From Balanoglossus misakiensis (lineage: Eukaryota > Animalia > Hemichordata), in assembly GCA_040954595.2 (NCBI GenBank), contig CM082593.2, positions 4,977,434-5,041,433 of the forward strand: DNA of 64,000 nucleotides, given 5' to 3'. The position numbers were made by a program, and so were the translations under genes. Positions 42,001-53,835 of the stretch are shown one piece after another; positions within the stretch are counted from its first letter, which is position 1; each line of letters starts with the position of its first letter. The notes under the pieces are model-generated. The model saw only the letters and a program-made list of their open reading frames with translations, made no database searches and had not been told where the DNA came from.

Positions 42001-43809
42001 GTTGGCAATATATGTTGATCGCTGTCTAATTGACTATACAGCTGAAATTGACAGTGTGTCTATTTGGAAATTACCTAAACGATTCGTGTGGGTTTCCCAC
42101 TATGTGTTGGTAATTCTAAACTTGTATCACAGACTTTTTACTGTCGTATAGTTGTTTTTAAACAATACATAGAAAACAAGTTTCAGCAGACAATGCTCGT
42201 AGCGTTTGTATCTAAAACATTCTAAGTTGTGTGGATTGCTGCGCATTTTGTTCGTATGCTGGACAAGATCCATTTTGTAACGTTTGTATCGCTACAGACA
42301 TTGATAAGGATGAAATGCATTGTGGTTAGGGAGTGAATGGAGGGAGAGGAGAGGGAGGAGGACACGACCAGAATGAAAGAGATACATGTAACATTGGAGA
42401 AAGAATGGCGTTTGCAGGGATGGACAAGCGATAAGGTCCACGGCGCACTGTGGTTGTCAAGCTGTTTTCTGTTCCGCATTATTCTCCCTTGTCAAAAGTC
42501 ATTATTGTGGTGTTTCTTGTACGTAGACAAACAAATGTTTGGTATTAAGAGCATAAAAACCACCTGTATCTTAATATAGTTTTTCTTTCGGGTTAGGAAA
42601 TTTCAACGAAGGAAATGCTAAATATATCTAATAATCGTGTAATTCAAACAATTTAAATGGTGTGCCTGTACACGCAAGATTTTGGATCGTTGACTTGACG
42701 ACCAACAGTTCAACTTGTATAATCAAACTCATTTTTCAGTAAAAACTATAAAAAGAGAATTTCAATGGTGTTTTTTTGTTTTAGCCCTCGAAGACTCATA
42801 AATTAATTTAGACAGAGGCAAAAACGGAGGTATAGATTTCTAGGAGAGGGGATATGACCACATAGACCGTCTATACTATGAAAAACAACAGCAATAACAG
42901 CAACATCAAATTGGACATCCAAAGACATGTGTGGTCTAACAGTATAACAGGATATGAAAAATACACATTGACTATTTATAATGAAATTTGTCATATCAAT
43001 CTCTGGTGATCCAGACCCTATACGATTGTGACTGAATGTCATTTGGATCGACAGTCTCGAGGAAGTGAATTTAAAGGTCTTAAGGAGCAACCCTTTCTTG
43101 AACTTACTCGCTTTCGTACAAATTATTCCAGTCTGGTCCCGCTTCTTCCCGACGGAGTGGCATTTAGCGATATTAATCATCCACAAGCCTCGAAATCCCA
43201 GGCTACCGCCAAGTTAGTGATTTCTTGTATAAATTGCAGCCTTGTGTGATTGGTGCGGTCGGTGGCACCGGGGCAGCGCGATCTGTCAGTAACAGACCGC
43301 ACTTTATACTAACGGGTTTTAAGGTTTTATGTTCTTTAGTATGTTGATGTTTCTCATCCCCGATTGAAACTGTTTCGGATCACATGTTGGAGACGAGCTC
43401 CACTACCCACTTAATTCCGGGCACAGAGAGCCCCGGGTTTTGTGCAAATCAATAACGGCTTAGCTCGCAAGAGTCAGTCAAATTACATGTCATGGCCAGT
43501 CCCTGAACAGGTGGATTTGATCGCGGACGTACTTTGTCGCGCGTTTTGACAGCGCGGCTAAGTCGACTTTTTACCACGTCTCAGAACTCGTTTCCCCGTA
43601 CAATCCCACTTAAGCGCGCCGCAGATAAGAAACCGCGCGCTGGGATTTATTTTTTAAGGTAAAATTAAAACCTGGGCGATTTTGTTGTATATCGGGAGGT
43701 AAGCTTTGGATGCGTCCTAAGTTTAACAACGCGGTGGCCGTATAGCGAGATGTTGTCAAAGGATTCCGCGAGATTTGTCAGTGCTTTCATCCTCACTCAA
43801 CCACGTATA

Positions 43810-44060
43810 GGGGGCGGCATCCATAATGTTATGCGTTGCCCAAACAAACGACAATAGCCTGGGAACAGTTAAGTTCACGTGGCGACGCCCGCGCTCTGAT
43901 TGGCCGACAGCACGCCCTGTGCGCGGGTCGGGACTGGTTGGCTATTCGCTGGGTGACGTCACGCCCGTCAGCGCTCAAAGGTGACAGTCGAGTGAGTTTT
44001 AGCGATCCCGCGCAGGTTACAAGTCCCCCCTATAAGCCGACAGCAAACATATCGAAGTGG
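43810..44060 (+). promoter_or_regulatory. Proximal promoter of Pitx (c-type isoform)
   Basis: GC box 43810-43817, E-box CACGTG 43876-43881, inverted CCAAT 43899-43903, CRE TGACGTCA 43954-43961, and TATAA 44031-44035 about 230 nt upstream of the ATG. CpG-rich. Confidence 0.65.
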
Positions 44061-44265
44061 AACACAAGAGCGACTAGTAATACTACTAACGCTGTTGAAG
44101 TCCAGGGAAAAAAGTACTGTGATTTAGTGGCTGTGAACACGGGTGTAAGCCAGCGGATCCTCCAGCCTATGTGGGGCTTATCTTAGACTTACCTTCCCAC
44201 CGCCTACCGGCTCACAAACTAGGGACACGAGTAAAAACTTAATCTTGGCCTAATTGATAATCAGC

Positions 44266-44464
44266 ATGGACCCTCTCAATGAGCACTCCCTGTCCACTTT
44301 GGAAGAACTAGTCAGCGGTGAAGCAACTCCCAGCCAAGTGACCATGACGGACATTGCTACCCTGCAGAGCACGGGCGCCTCGGCCTCGGCCTCGGCGGCG
44401 TCGGAGCGCACGGCCAACACCACGACGCCGTGCAGCCGATCAGACAACACCACAGAGCACATAG
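44266..44464 (+). CDS. Pitx: Pitx (pituitary homeobox), first coding exon of the proximal isoform
   Basis: agcATGg start, MDPLNEHSLSTLEELVSGEATPSQVTMTDIATLQSTGASASASAASERTANTTTPCSRSDNTTEHI, then G|gtatcg, a phase-1 donor matching the phase-1 acceptor at 46156. Confidence 0.85.
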
Positions 44465-46109
44465 GTATCGTTAAAACCCTCGTCTTATTTTGTTTGTCAG
44501 TGACCGCTACCTTGTTCCGCTGCTTGCCGCGAGTACGGGTCACTCTGCCGCACGCTCCGCGGCTGTACCGTGCACTGTGCCCCGGTCAGGCGTGCTTGTG
44601 CCACCCGTTCGTGTATCGCCCGGTTACTGCGATCAGATTATGCGCGTATTATCACCATGAGGAGGTTTTCGCACCTCGAATGTTCGCCGAAAATTAGTCT
44701 GTTATTAAGACACCAAACCTCCGACCCCCTCTTTTACGCCAAACTCAGCTAGCGTACACATCCCATCGTAATAATATTAGAACGAATCAACCCTCCACGC
44801 TTTGGCGAATTGAACCGAACCATTCAAAAATAAACATTGTTATGTTATTTATCATATCGATGTAAAGTTTACACTCATCGGCGAACAGGATCAGCATTTA
44901 CCGAACGATTAAGTACAGTTTATCAATAACTGTGAGTTTGTTTGTTCTTGGCCTACCGGCTATCGAAGAACCAACCATCGAAGACACTTGTATGACAACA
45001 ACAATGGTTTATAGTCTTGAGGACTTCGACAAGTGTCGGGTCAAAACAAGACTGAAAAAAAGTTACCTTGGAAAAATCTCAATCGGTGTTATTTAGTCGG
45101 TACTGTGGATCTCACGTCTTGCGTGTTCGTTCATATTTTTAAAATGTGGTGTGAAGTGCTGGGACAAGCCCGTAATTTACCCCGTACGTCGGGACGGGTC
45201 GACATATCGTTGGTTATTTACACGTTATTCAGTACAGAAATAAAACCTGTCGTGTCTGATAAATGTTCACGTACACATTTTGCCAACCATTATCAAAATA
45301 ATGATTTTACTTTGCTATCAAAACTGCCCTCTTCTCGTTGGAGTTGTATAAACGCGCTCAGGGCGAAGTGGTTAAATCTACACGCGGCTTACAGGTACTG
45401 CCAGATCAACGACGCAAGCCAGTATCATTGTTATTACAAGGCTTAGATAAAGGGATCCACTCAGTCCCACCTGAAAAGAATGCGCGTTTCTTGAAATCAC
45501 TCTCAATTGTTCTTCTCTTTTCACTAAATGACGGCACCGCTGGTGGAGGTCCCAAACCGCCTTCCCTATACCCAGTCACTGCACACCCCTTTTCTTTGAA
45601 ACCGTATTTATTCGTTACAGTTAGAAAACTTAAAAAACAAGCTATACAGGATAGACTGAAATATGATTATATTATCATAGCAAAGCCCCAAACCGTTTTA
45701 CACCCGTCCCGAAAACCTGAAATCCTCGTCATATTAAGTGGCAAAATACTTCCCAGCGGCCAGCTTTGAACTGAAAACGAATTCCGCCTTCTGCGTTTTA
45801 GGACAATTAACGTTAGTTGTGGGATAAGTTGTCATTATCAGCACGGGTCCAAACTTGTTTTTCTTGATAAATATTCGATGAAAATCAAATATACTTTTGG
45901 TAGATATCTGCGTTTTATACCTTACATTATTACTTCACTTTAATCTTTCGATTAATCGTCTATTAGCTATGAAATCTTGGCGTTGTCTTGTCGTGCCTGA
46001 TAGTCGCGGCCTGACAAAATTGTAGGCGCTTTCCTCTGTCCAGCTGTCTCTACGCGATGTACACCTGTATGCGTGCACGCATTCTATCATGCAAGCATGG
46101 AACATGTAA

Positions 46110-46454
<345 letters not shown>

Positions 46455-49400
46455 TAAGATAACAGAGTCCCTTCCCATGCCCATTTCCAGCCACCGTGTC
46501 ATCATTACAATGGGGAATTACCGCGACTATGAGACTAGTAATTAACGCTTATTAAAATTTATGAAATTAAAGATGGACTCGATTTGCAGGGATGTGTCTA
46601 TTGCACATAGATAACAATCCTGATTGCAGTGTCTGTCCCGTCAACATTATCTCCGAGTGTGGGAAAACATGTGTAGTCGTCAGCGTAACAAAACGAGAAA
46701 TTTAGTATTTTATGACAGGTTGTAAACTGAACACAATATCAGTGATTTGCAGTAGCAGTACTTGAAAAGAAAATATGCAGAAAAATGCTGAAACGCTGAA
46801 ATCAAAATCAAGAGTGTTAAAATGCTACTGTCTACTTACATTTCTACTTATGATGTAATCATTGTGTCACCAAGTTGCCAGTATGTAAATTTGCTACTGT
46901 GCTGAAACTTTTTTTTGGCGTTAAAATTGTAATTGCGAGGATTTTTGCATATTTATTGGCGCGTCTTTCTTTCGTTTAGTTGCGGGCTTTGAAGCACCGC
47001 ACACACCAGATGTCGACATCTAGTTCCGCAAATGTGAAACAAATTGAAAATTAACGCAAAGTATCCTTCATCAGGTAATAAACGTGTCCCGCTCAACACA
47101 CGCGATCAAACTTTCAACTTTTGCCCCCACACCCACTAGATAGTAAAACAAATTCGCAAAAAAATCGTGCGTCCTGAGCCCGGCAACTGGTGATTTCTGA
47201 AACGGAAATAGAAACTCCACATTTTTTGTATTTTTGCACGTTGGATTGTCATAGAATCGTCCACACGGAAATGATTTCGCCGAACGCCTCGGCGGCCGAC
47301 GTAGTAGTACCCTTGTACTATTGAACGACCGCGGGATGCGAAGATACATCTTCGGGGCAAACAAAACCCTCTTTAATCGGAGTAACAAATGCGCAAATCC
47401 GGTTTTTGTATAGATTCATCCAGTAAGTACCCACTCTATTAGTTTTTCCCTACAATGAAACATCGAACGGTTCTGTGCGGACAGACAATAGCCCCCCGTG
47501 TGCTGTATCCAACACACGCAAATTCTAGTGGCCGTCGTTCTTCTGAACATAGCCCACGGCGAGCAGCCATCACAACACACGCGTTATTACATCTATAACG
47601 GCGAAACCTACTCGTAAAATCATATAAATTTGCATTTGGTGGCTGGATTGGTTTTCTAACAGCTTTTAAAGACAAAACGAGCGAAGACCTCACAAACAGC
47701 CCACGGCACTGCCCATATCATTGACGATTGTCCGGGGTTGGACGGTCTCAACGGACGAAGTGGAGAAAAATAACCATGCATGTTGATTAAGATCGTTAAC
47801 AACTTTTTAAAATAAAAATAAAAATTAAGATGTAAATCAGAAAGCCCATTCGCCGTGGAAAAGGCATTTTTATTCCACCGAAGGCCGCTGTCAATTAAAA
47901 TAATCTGCACTGTCATTAAATTAATAATATTCCGCACATTTGTACTAAAACAGTGAAAATTTACGACTGTCTACCAAGATGAAATGTGCATTTTAATCTT
48001 GAATACTTAAAAAAGAAGAAGAATAAAATCGAAAAGAATATCTCAGCTAAAACAATCCAAATATGTCAGGGCACTCACCTTCAAATTCAGTTGTCACATT
48101 TAGAAAATATGGAAAGGGTGTGAAAAGTTTATCTTGTCGGCTAACTAAACTGCCCGTGCCGAGGAGAAATGTTTTAGTGTTTTGTGTACAGTTGACTTTT
48201 CCTTCAAAACGAAATAAATCCGTATTTGCCGAGTAGTGTCTTAAACTCGGCTCGCCGTCTCGCGCGGAAGGATTTGTAGCTAAGTCCGTCTAACCCGTCA
48301 TCTTTGAACGAAATCGACTCGCAATAATCGGTCGCATCACCCAGCCCCCGCTCTCCAGCCCCGGCAAGTCCAATGTAAATCTCAAAATTAAGTTGAGTTT
48401 CATCCCGGCAGCTTTAGGCGGACTTTGCTGCGGATTTGCCGGCAAATCTGCAGCCTTATAGTCGGTCGAACAGCAAGAGTTGGGCGCTAGTCTCCCCATA
48501 GCCCCTTATGTTTCTATAAATATGATTTTCCGCACCGCGGTGCGTGGCCACTGTAATCTGCAAGAAGTGGCGCATCGCAGCAAACAGTCGCCAATCCAAA
48601 CACACCGAGCTGATTAATGTTCTCTTTCCTCTCAACATTCTCCCCCCATTTTTCAACCTTCGGAGATGGAGAGGGAGAAATCCTCCCCCCATCTCTGTCT
48701 CTTGGTGATGCGGAACTGTATACACCTAGCTAGGGACTTGAAACGAGCAGTCGATTTCCTATCAGATTCATTTGTCGAGATTTCTCTCTCCCTCTCAAAA
48801 TACACGGATGGATAGCTATGTTATTACTGGGTGGCCATGCAACGATGCACAAGACGAATGACGAGAAGCGCTGATAGAGACACATGAAATGTTGTCTTAA
48901 TGAAGCCAGGGTCCGCATGTGCTCACCCCGAAAATTAACAACAACTGCGAAATAGCTGAAGGATGGCGGCTTCAACTTCCAGAGGGGGTTTCGGTATAGC
49001 ACTTAACATTGACAAATAACGGCTCTCCACAACGCATGGCTACACCTCATGGATGCACACTCAACAAAGATACAGTCGACTGACTCAATTGTCCAAAGGG
49101 GGCGGATCCAACAACCCGACATATAATAATAGAGTTCCCTCAAATATACAGCCATTTGTTTTCAAAACAAAATTTTATATTTTTCTGGCCGGCGGCGGTT
49201 AGCTTTTTCCACGCGGCTGGTGTTCTGCGTTGCGAGGAAAGGCGGTTCGGAACCCGGACTGGTCACCAGAATGTTCCCGAACTGGGAAATATAACCAAAA
49301 AATCAGAAAGTAAAATTAATCACATCGCGGCAACCGAGGTGATTTGTTAGTTCCGACCCTGTCAGATTTTAGCGATATTACATCTGTTTCGAAAAACAAC

Positions 49401-51795
49401 ACGGAAAATAAAGCGAAAATTTAATATCGTTCTCTGGTGAGCATGATCTTAGGAAGTCGCGAGATGTGGCGTGGAGTCGATTTCTGAGGGAGACAATTTG
49501 GTGAATTTTGAAAGGGGGAAAAGTGAAAATGTGAGAGAGAGAGAGAGTTGGCGGGAATGTGTGCGGTGACTAGGCCCTAATGGGGTAATGATGGGCTAGT
49601 TAGTAGCCAACTCGGTTCCGCTTCACTAAGCGACTCGCAGCGCATATACGCTTGAGGGACATCAAACCCGCTTTCCGTTTTGAAATTGAGCTTTACATCA
49701 GGGGAGAATCTTACTCACTTTTTGTAAAATGTGTTACTGAATATTTTATGCTGTTTTTTCAAATCACGACCCAATCTGTGTCTGCTTTCTGCCCTGGCGC
49801 CTCGTATATCTCTGCGGCAAAAATCCTGACAATACGAAAAAAGGCGAATATTTTGACTGCGAGTTCTTTTCGAATCTTTACGTTCGTTCTCTCTAGGCCT
49901 TGAGTGAAATCAGTATTTTTATGGGATAAATAATTTATACCGCTATACAGATGATCATCGTTGAAAATTTAAAGTGTAATTTTATGTCGCTGTTATTGCT
50001 TGCTAATGACTTCCCCTATCACTACCTCTTGTACACTTCAATTTCAATTTCGGAATGCGTATACAAATGTCCGACTTTGTCACAACCGCTGTCGGTCACA
50101 TCGCCGCTGACGACTACTCCAGATCACGATTACAATTTGAAGGGGGGCATACGTGGTGATTGATTCGAAAACGCGGCGTCGTTTACAAAAAAGAAAAAAA
50201 AATTGCACTGCACTCTGCTGTCCAAAACAGTAAAATATACATTAATGGGTGGCCACTTATCCCCGTGACAAGAAAACAAAAAAATGATGGATTGTTTTCC
50301 TTGATGACTTTGAAGTGACTAATATGCAATGATTGTCACACACTTCAGCGGAGTCGCCCGTAAAAAAAAGTCTGTGCTCGCGGGGTGTCACAAATGCGAT
50401 CTTAATATCCCCCCATACATTTTATTGATAAACTTGTTTTCGGACATTTCCAGAGATCTTTTTTTTGAATATCTGAAATCACGCGACTGTGTTCACGACG
50501 TGTGAAAGTTGCCTAAAAGTTTTCGGCGCATTTGTCGCCTGTGAAGTCAGCGCGCATTGAAACCGGCGACGTGCGCGCGCTGGGATAGCGCCAAATGAAC
50601 GTGCATTGTTGTGCAATTTGACATTTGGTGAACTTTTCACCGCCGACTTAACGTTCCTCCGACAACGGCAATAATAGCTGTGTTTTTTCTCTCTCTCTCT
50701 CCTATAATCGGATTCTTGTAAACGGCCTCTTTTCAACAATGAAGCACTTTCAGGCGCGCGCAGGGATTACGCGACCTCCCCGGTATGCCGCGCCCTGCGC
50801 CGCCTTTAAACCACGTAAAAAACCCTTACATTGAAGTAGCTTAATTCAAAAGGGAAACTATCATTCCCAGAAAAAAATAATTAAATCACCGGTACAATGG
50901 CTATCAAAAGTTGCCTTTGCTCGGTAACAATACCCCCAGAGTTGAATACAGTCAAAGTGGCATTTAATTTGTTGTACAGCATCTAGAGTGTTACTACGCA
51001 CATAGCTGTTAGAAATCCTGATGGCTATTGTTATAATTGTATCAGGGGGTGATAACATCGAGTAATCTATTTTCATAACAAAGAAAAACTATTCACATTC
51101 AAAGGCAAATATTGTGTAACTCGTGCAAACATGTCGCACGCGGGAGATGAGCTCGCCGCACGCAAATGTGTCCTTTCCGCGCGCGGAGAACAGGAGAAAA
51201 ACCACTCTCCATGGAAACTAGCATTAGGCAATTTCTTAGTGGCTGTAATTTCCCTAAAATGACCAAGATTCGGTGAATGTATGCGACGAAATTAGTGTTG
51301 AGTAAGAGACGCATGCGTGGGCCGGTTTTTCAGTCACAAAATCGCAGACTGACAAATGTGGATCTGAATACAAATTTAACGGGTAGAAAATGACAGCTGA
51401 AAATTTGTGTGAATTCTGGCACCAAACGGGGTGAAAAAAGACTGTTTTTGACCAATTCTCGTTGATTTTTTTTTATTTTTTTCCCATTTCCTGCTCCAAA
51501 AGGGAAAACAACCCACACTCGGAGTACAGACACGCAATTTTAGGCATCGATAGTGAAAGCAAAATCGAAAAAAAAAGATTCTCATCAATATTGATATCAG
51601 CAGTGACAACTGTTCACTTGTTAATAAAACCAACACGATAGACAGTCGCATTTAGCATTCGTGTAATTTGATATGTGATATTTTCATCAATTTATTCAGC
51701 CTATTCATTACCAATTAAAAGAATCGCCTTGTTAATTTAGAACGAACACCGTAGTAAAATGCGTTTTTTCTTCTTTATTTTTTTTTTCTGTTCAG

Positions 51796-52275
51796 GTTTG
51801 GTTTAAGAACCGACGGGCCAAGTGGCGAAAGCGTGAACGCAATCAACTGAACGAGTATAATAAAGGGTTCGGTCACTACATGATGCCGCCGTTCGATGAT
51901 GGCTTGTACTCAGGTTATTCGTACCACAACAACTGGGTAGCGAAAGCGCCGAGCCCGCTGGGTTCCAAGGGGTTCCCCTGGCCTCTGAACTCCGTCAACC
52001 CGCTGACGAGCCAGTCCACCATGTGTTTCAATCAGAACACGTCGATGAACACGAGCCTGCCGACGATGAACGGGGTCGGCAACAACCTCAACTCGTTCAA
52101 CAACCCGTCGACGGCCTGCCCGTACGGAGCCACGGCGCCGCCCTACGTGTATAGGGACCAGTGCTCAAACAGTATCGCCTCGCTGCGGCTGAAGGCGAAC
52201 ATGGTGAAGCAGCCGACGCTGAGCTACCCGGTGCCCCGACAGAACCCGACCCTCTCCGCTTGTCAGTACGCTTAG
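51796..52275 (+). CDS. Pitx: Pitx last coding exon (homeodomain 47-60, OAR motif)
   Basis: Long polypyrimidine tract, ttcag|GTTTGG. VWFKNRRAKWRKRERNQLNEYNKGFGHYMMPPFDDGLYSGYSYHNNW...PYVYRDQCSNSIASLRLKA...LSACQYA*. Confidence 0.97.
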   Translation, partial: VWFKNRRAKWRKRERNQLNEYNKGFGHYMMPPFDDGLYSGYSYHNNWVAKAPSPLGSKGFPWPLNSVNPLTSQSTMCFNQNTSMNTSLPTMNGVGNNLNSFNNPSTACPYGATAPPYVYRDQCSNSIASLRLKANMVKQPTLSYPVPRQNPTLSACQYA

Positions 52276-52976
52276 ACGCGGCGATGACTCCAGTAAAGCA
52301 GTGTTTTCCCCCGGTACATTCTCTTGTGCAAATCTCCCTGCGTGGCGTGTGGAGTACTTTATTTCATCAGCAGCGACACTGAGAAGATTGTCGGGGAAGG
52401 AACTACACACTATTCGAATTCTGATAGAAGATCATTTTCTTCAATTACTAGTGTTTGCTCTTCATGACAAATCAACAAGTTTCTCCTCGCCTTTTTGCGC
52501 AATTATTGCGAAATTCAAGAGCTGTTTTATATTATGACTGTACTCGATATATTACCTGTGGTTTTGTTTGCTCAGAAAATCAAAGGTGATTGCATTGTGA
52601 CTTTTTAAGGAAACGCAGTCCCTGATGACGTCATCGAGACACAAAATTTAGCCGTTCGTCAGCTAAATCACTCGCGCCATAAATTGAGACACATTTTATT
52701 TTCGGAAAAAATTGAATTATTTTTGGTACCATTTAAGTTTCAATCAAATACAAATTTTAGTAGCTTAACAAACCCCAATTGTCGAAACGACGTGATTATT
52801 CGTTTGAGATGTGCAGGATCAATGAAGATGTCCCTCTTGAAAAAAGGCGGATTGACTTTAAAAATCTTAGCTGAGTAAAAAGAATACTAAACCTAGCCAT
52901 ACATTTCGTTTTGATCTAAAACTGTCCACGATGCTTGCCTTTAGTGTTACAATCATATTTTGAGAGTTCTGTTTCC

Positions 52977-53007
52977 TTGTTTGTTTGTTTGTTTGTTTGT
53001 TTGTTTT
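52977..53007. repeat. (TTTG)n microsatellite in the Pitx 3' UTR
   Basis: ttgtttgtttgtttgtttgtttgtttgtttt. Confidence 0.9.
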
Positions 53008-53793
53008 TGGATAACACATCAGCTGACCCACTAACGCCCTCCCCAACCCCTCTCCATCGCGTGCAATAGGAAGACTCCTAATGAAACGAACATTACGAGA
53101 GATTTCATTTCTGAAATCTACACAATCCATTCAGTGTGTTTTCGTCATTTCTATTGGCCTGTTCAGAGATAGACACGCTCGTGTCTTCTATTTAAATGTG
53201 TTACTATCAAAATCACTGCGTAAAAGTCGTTTTTGTTGTCAAAATTTCAGTTGGGCAGCTGACATGGAAAACTGTATATTTTGACAAAACACATCGCCAA
53301 TACATAATCCAATCCAATTCTTATATTTATTAAGAGAAAAATGAAAGATGACTTTGAGGTAGAAATTTTGTTTATTGTAGAAGATATGAAGACTAGGTAA
53401 TCTTTAACATTAAGAAACGTCAAATGTACAGATATCTTACAAAGAAGTGTTTGCTACATGTAGTAGACGGTTTAAAACAGCCCTCATCCGTTACAATATT
53501 TGTTGTTTTCTATGTGTTCAGCGATCACCATTATAGTCGTGTACTGAGTGTGTTTTCATTTGTGAAGTTTTTAAAAGTTGTTTTTTACAAGAGTTCGGAG
53601 CATAATTTTTTTATATTTTCATGGTTTGACTTTCTGAGACGTATTACAGCAGTATCTTGCAAGAATTAAAACGTATCATTGTGAAAGACGTACAGTTGTG
53701 TACAACATGTAAGTTCAGACTGGACGCATTTTTATTTAAAGGAAGCGAAATCCCACCTTTATCCAAGCAAGTGTACTTTCATTGTGTGAAAAA

Positions 53794-53835
53794 AATAAAA
53801 GTTACGAATAAGTAAGGAAACTGCGTGTTTTGGTG
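53794..53835 (+). terminator. Candidate Pitx polyadenylation signal
   Basis: AATAAA at 53794-53799 followed by the GT-rich gcgtgttttggtg at about 53823. Implies an AU-rich 3' UTR of about 1.5 kb. Confidence 0.5.

Noticed and set aside
24233-42237. FoxH1-type TGTGGATT sites (24233, 32327, 42230), two next to Nkx2-like motifs, as a possible asymmetric enhancer
   Set aside because: The number is about what chance predicts, the sites are not clustered, and I saw none in the last intron where the vertebrate Pitx2 asymmetric enhancer lies.
52270-52300. Alternative frame after the Pitx stop reading LDAAMTPV, reminiscent of a frameshifted VDRPV tail
   Set aside because: The similarity is too weak to distinguish from chance.
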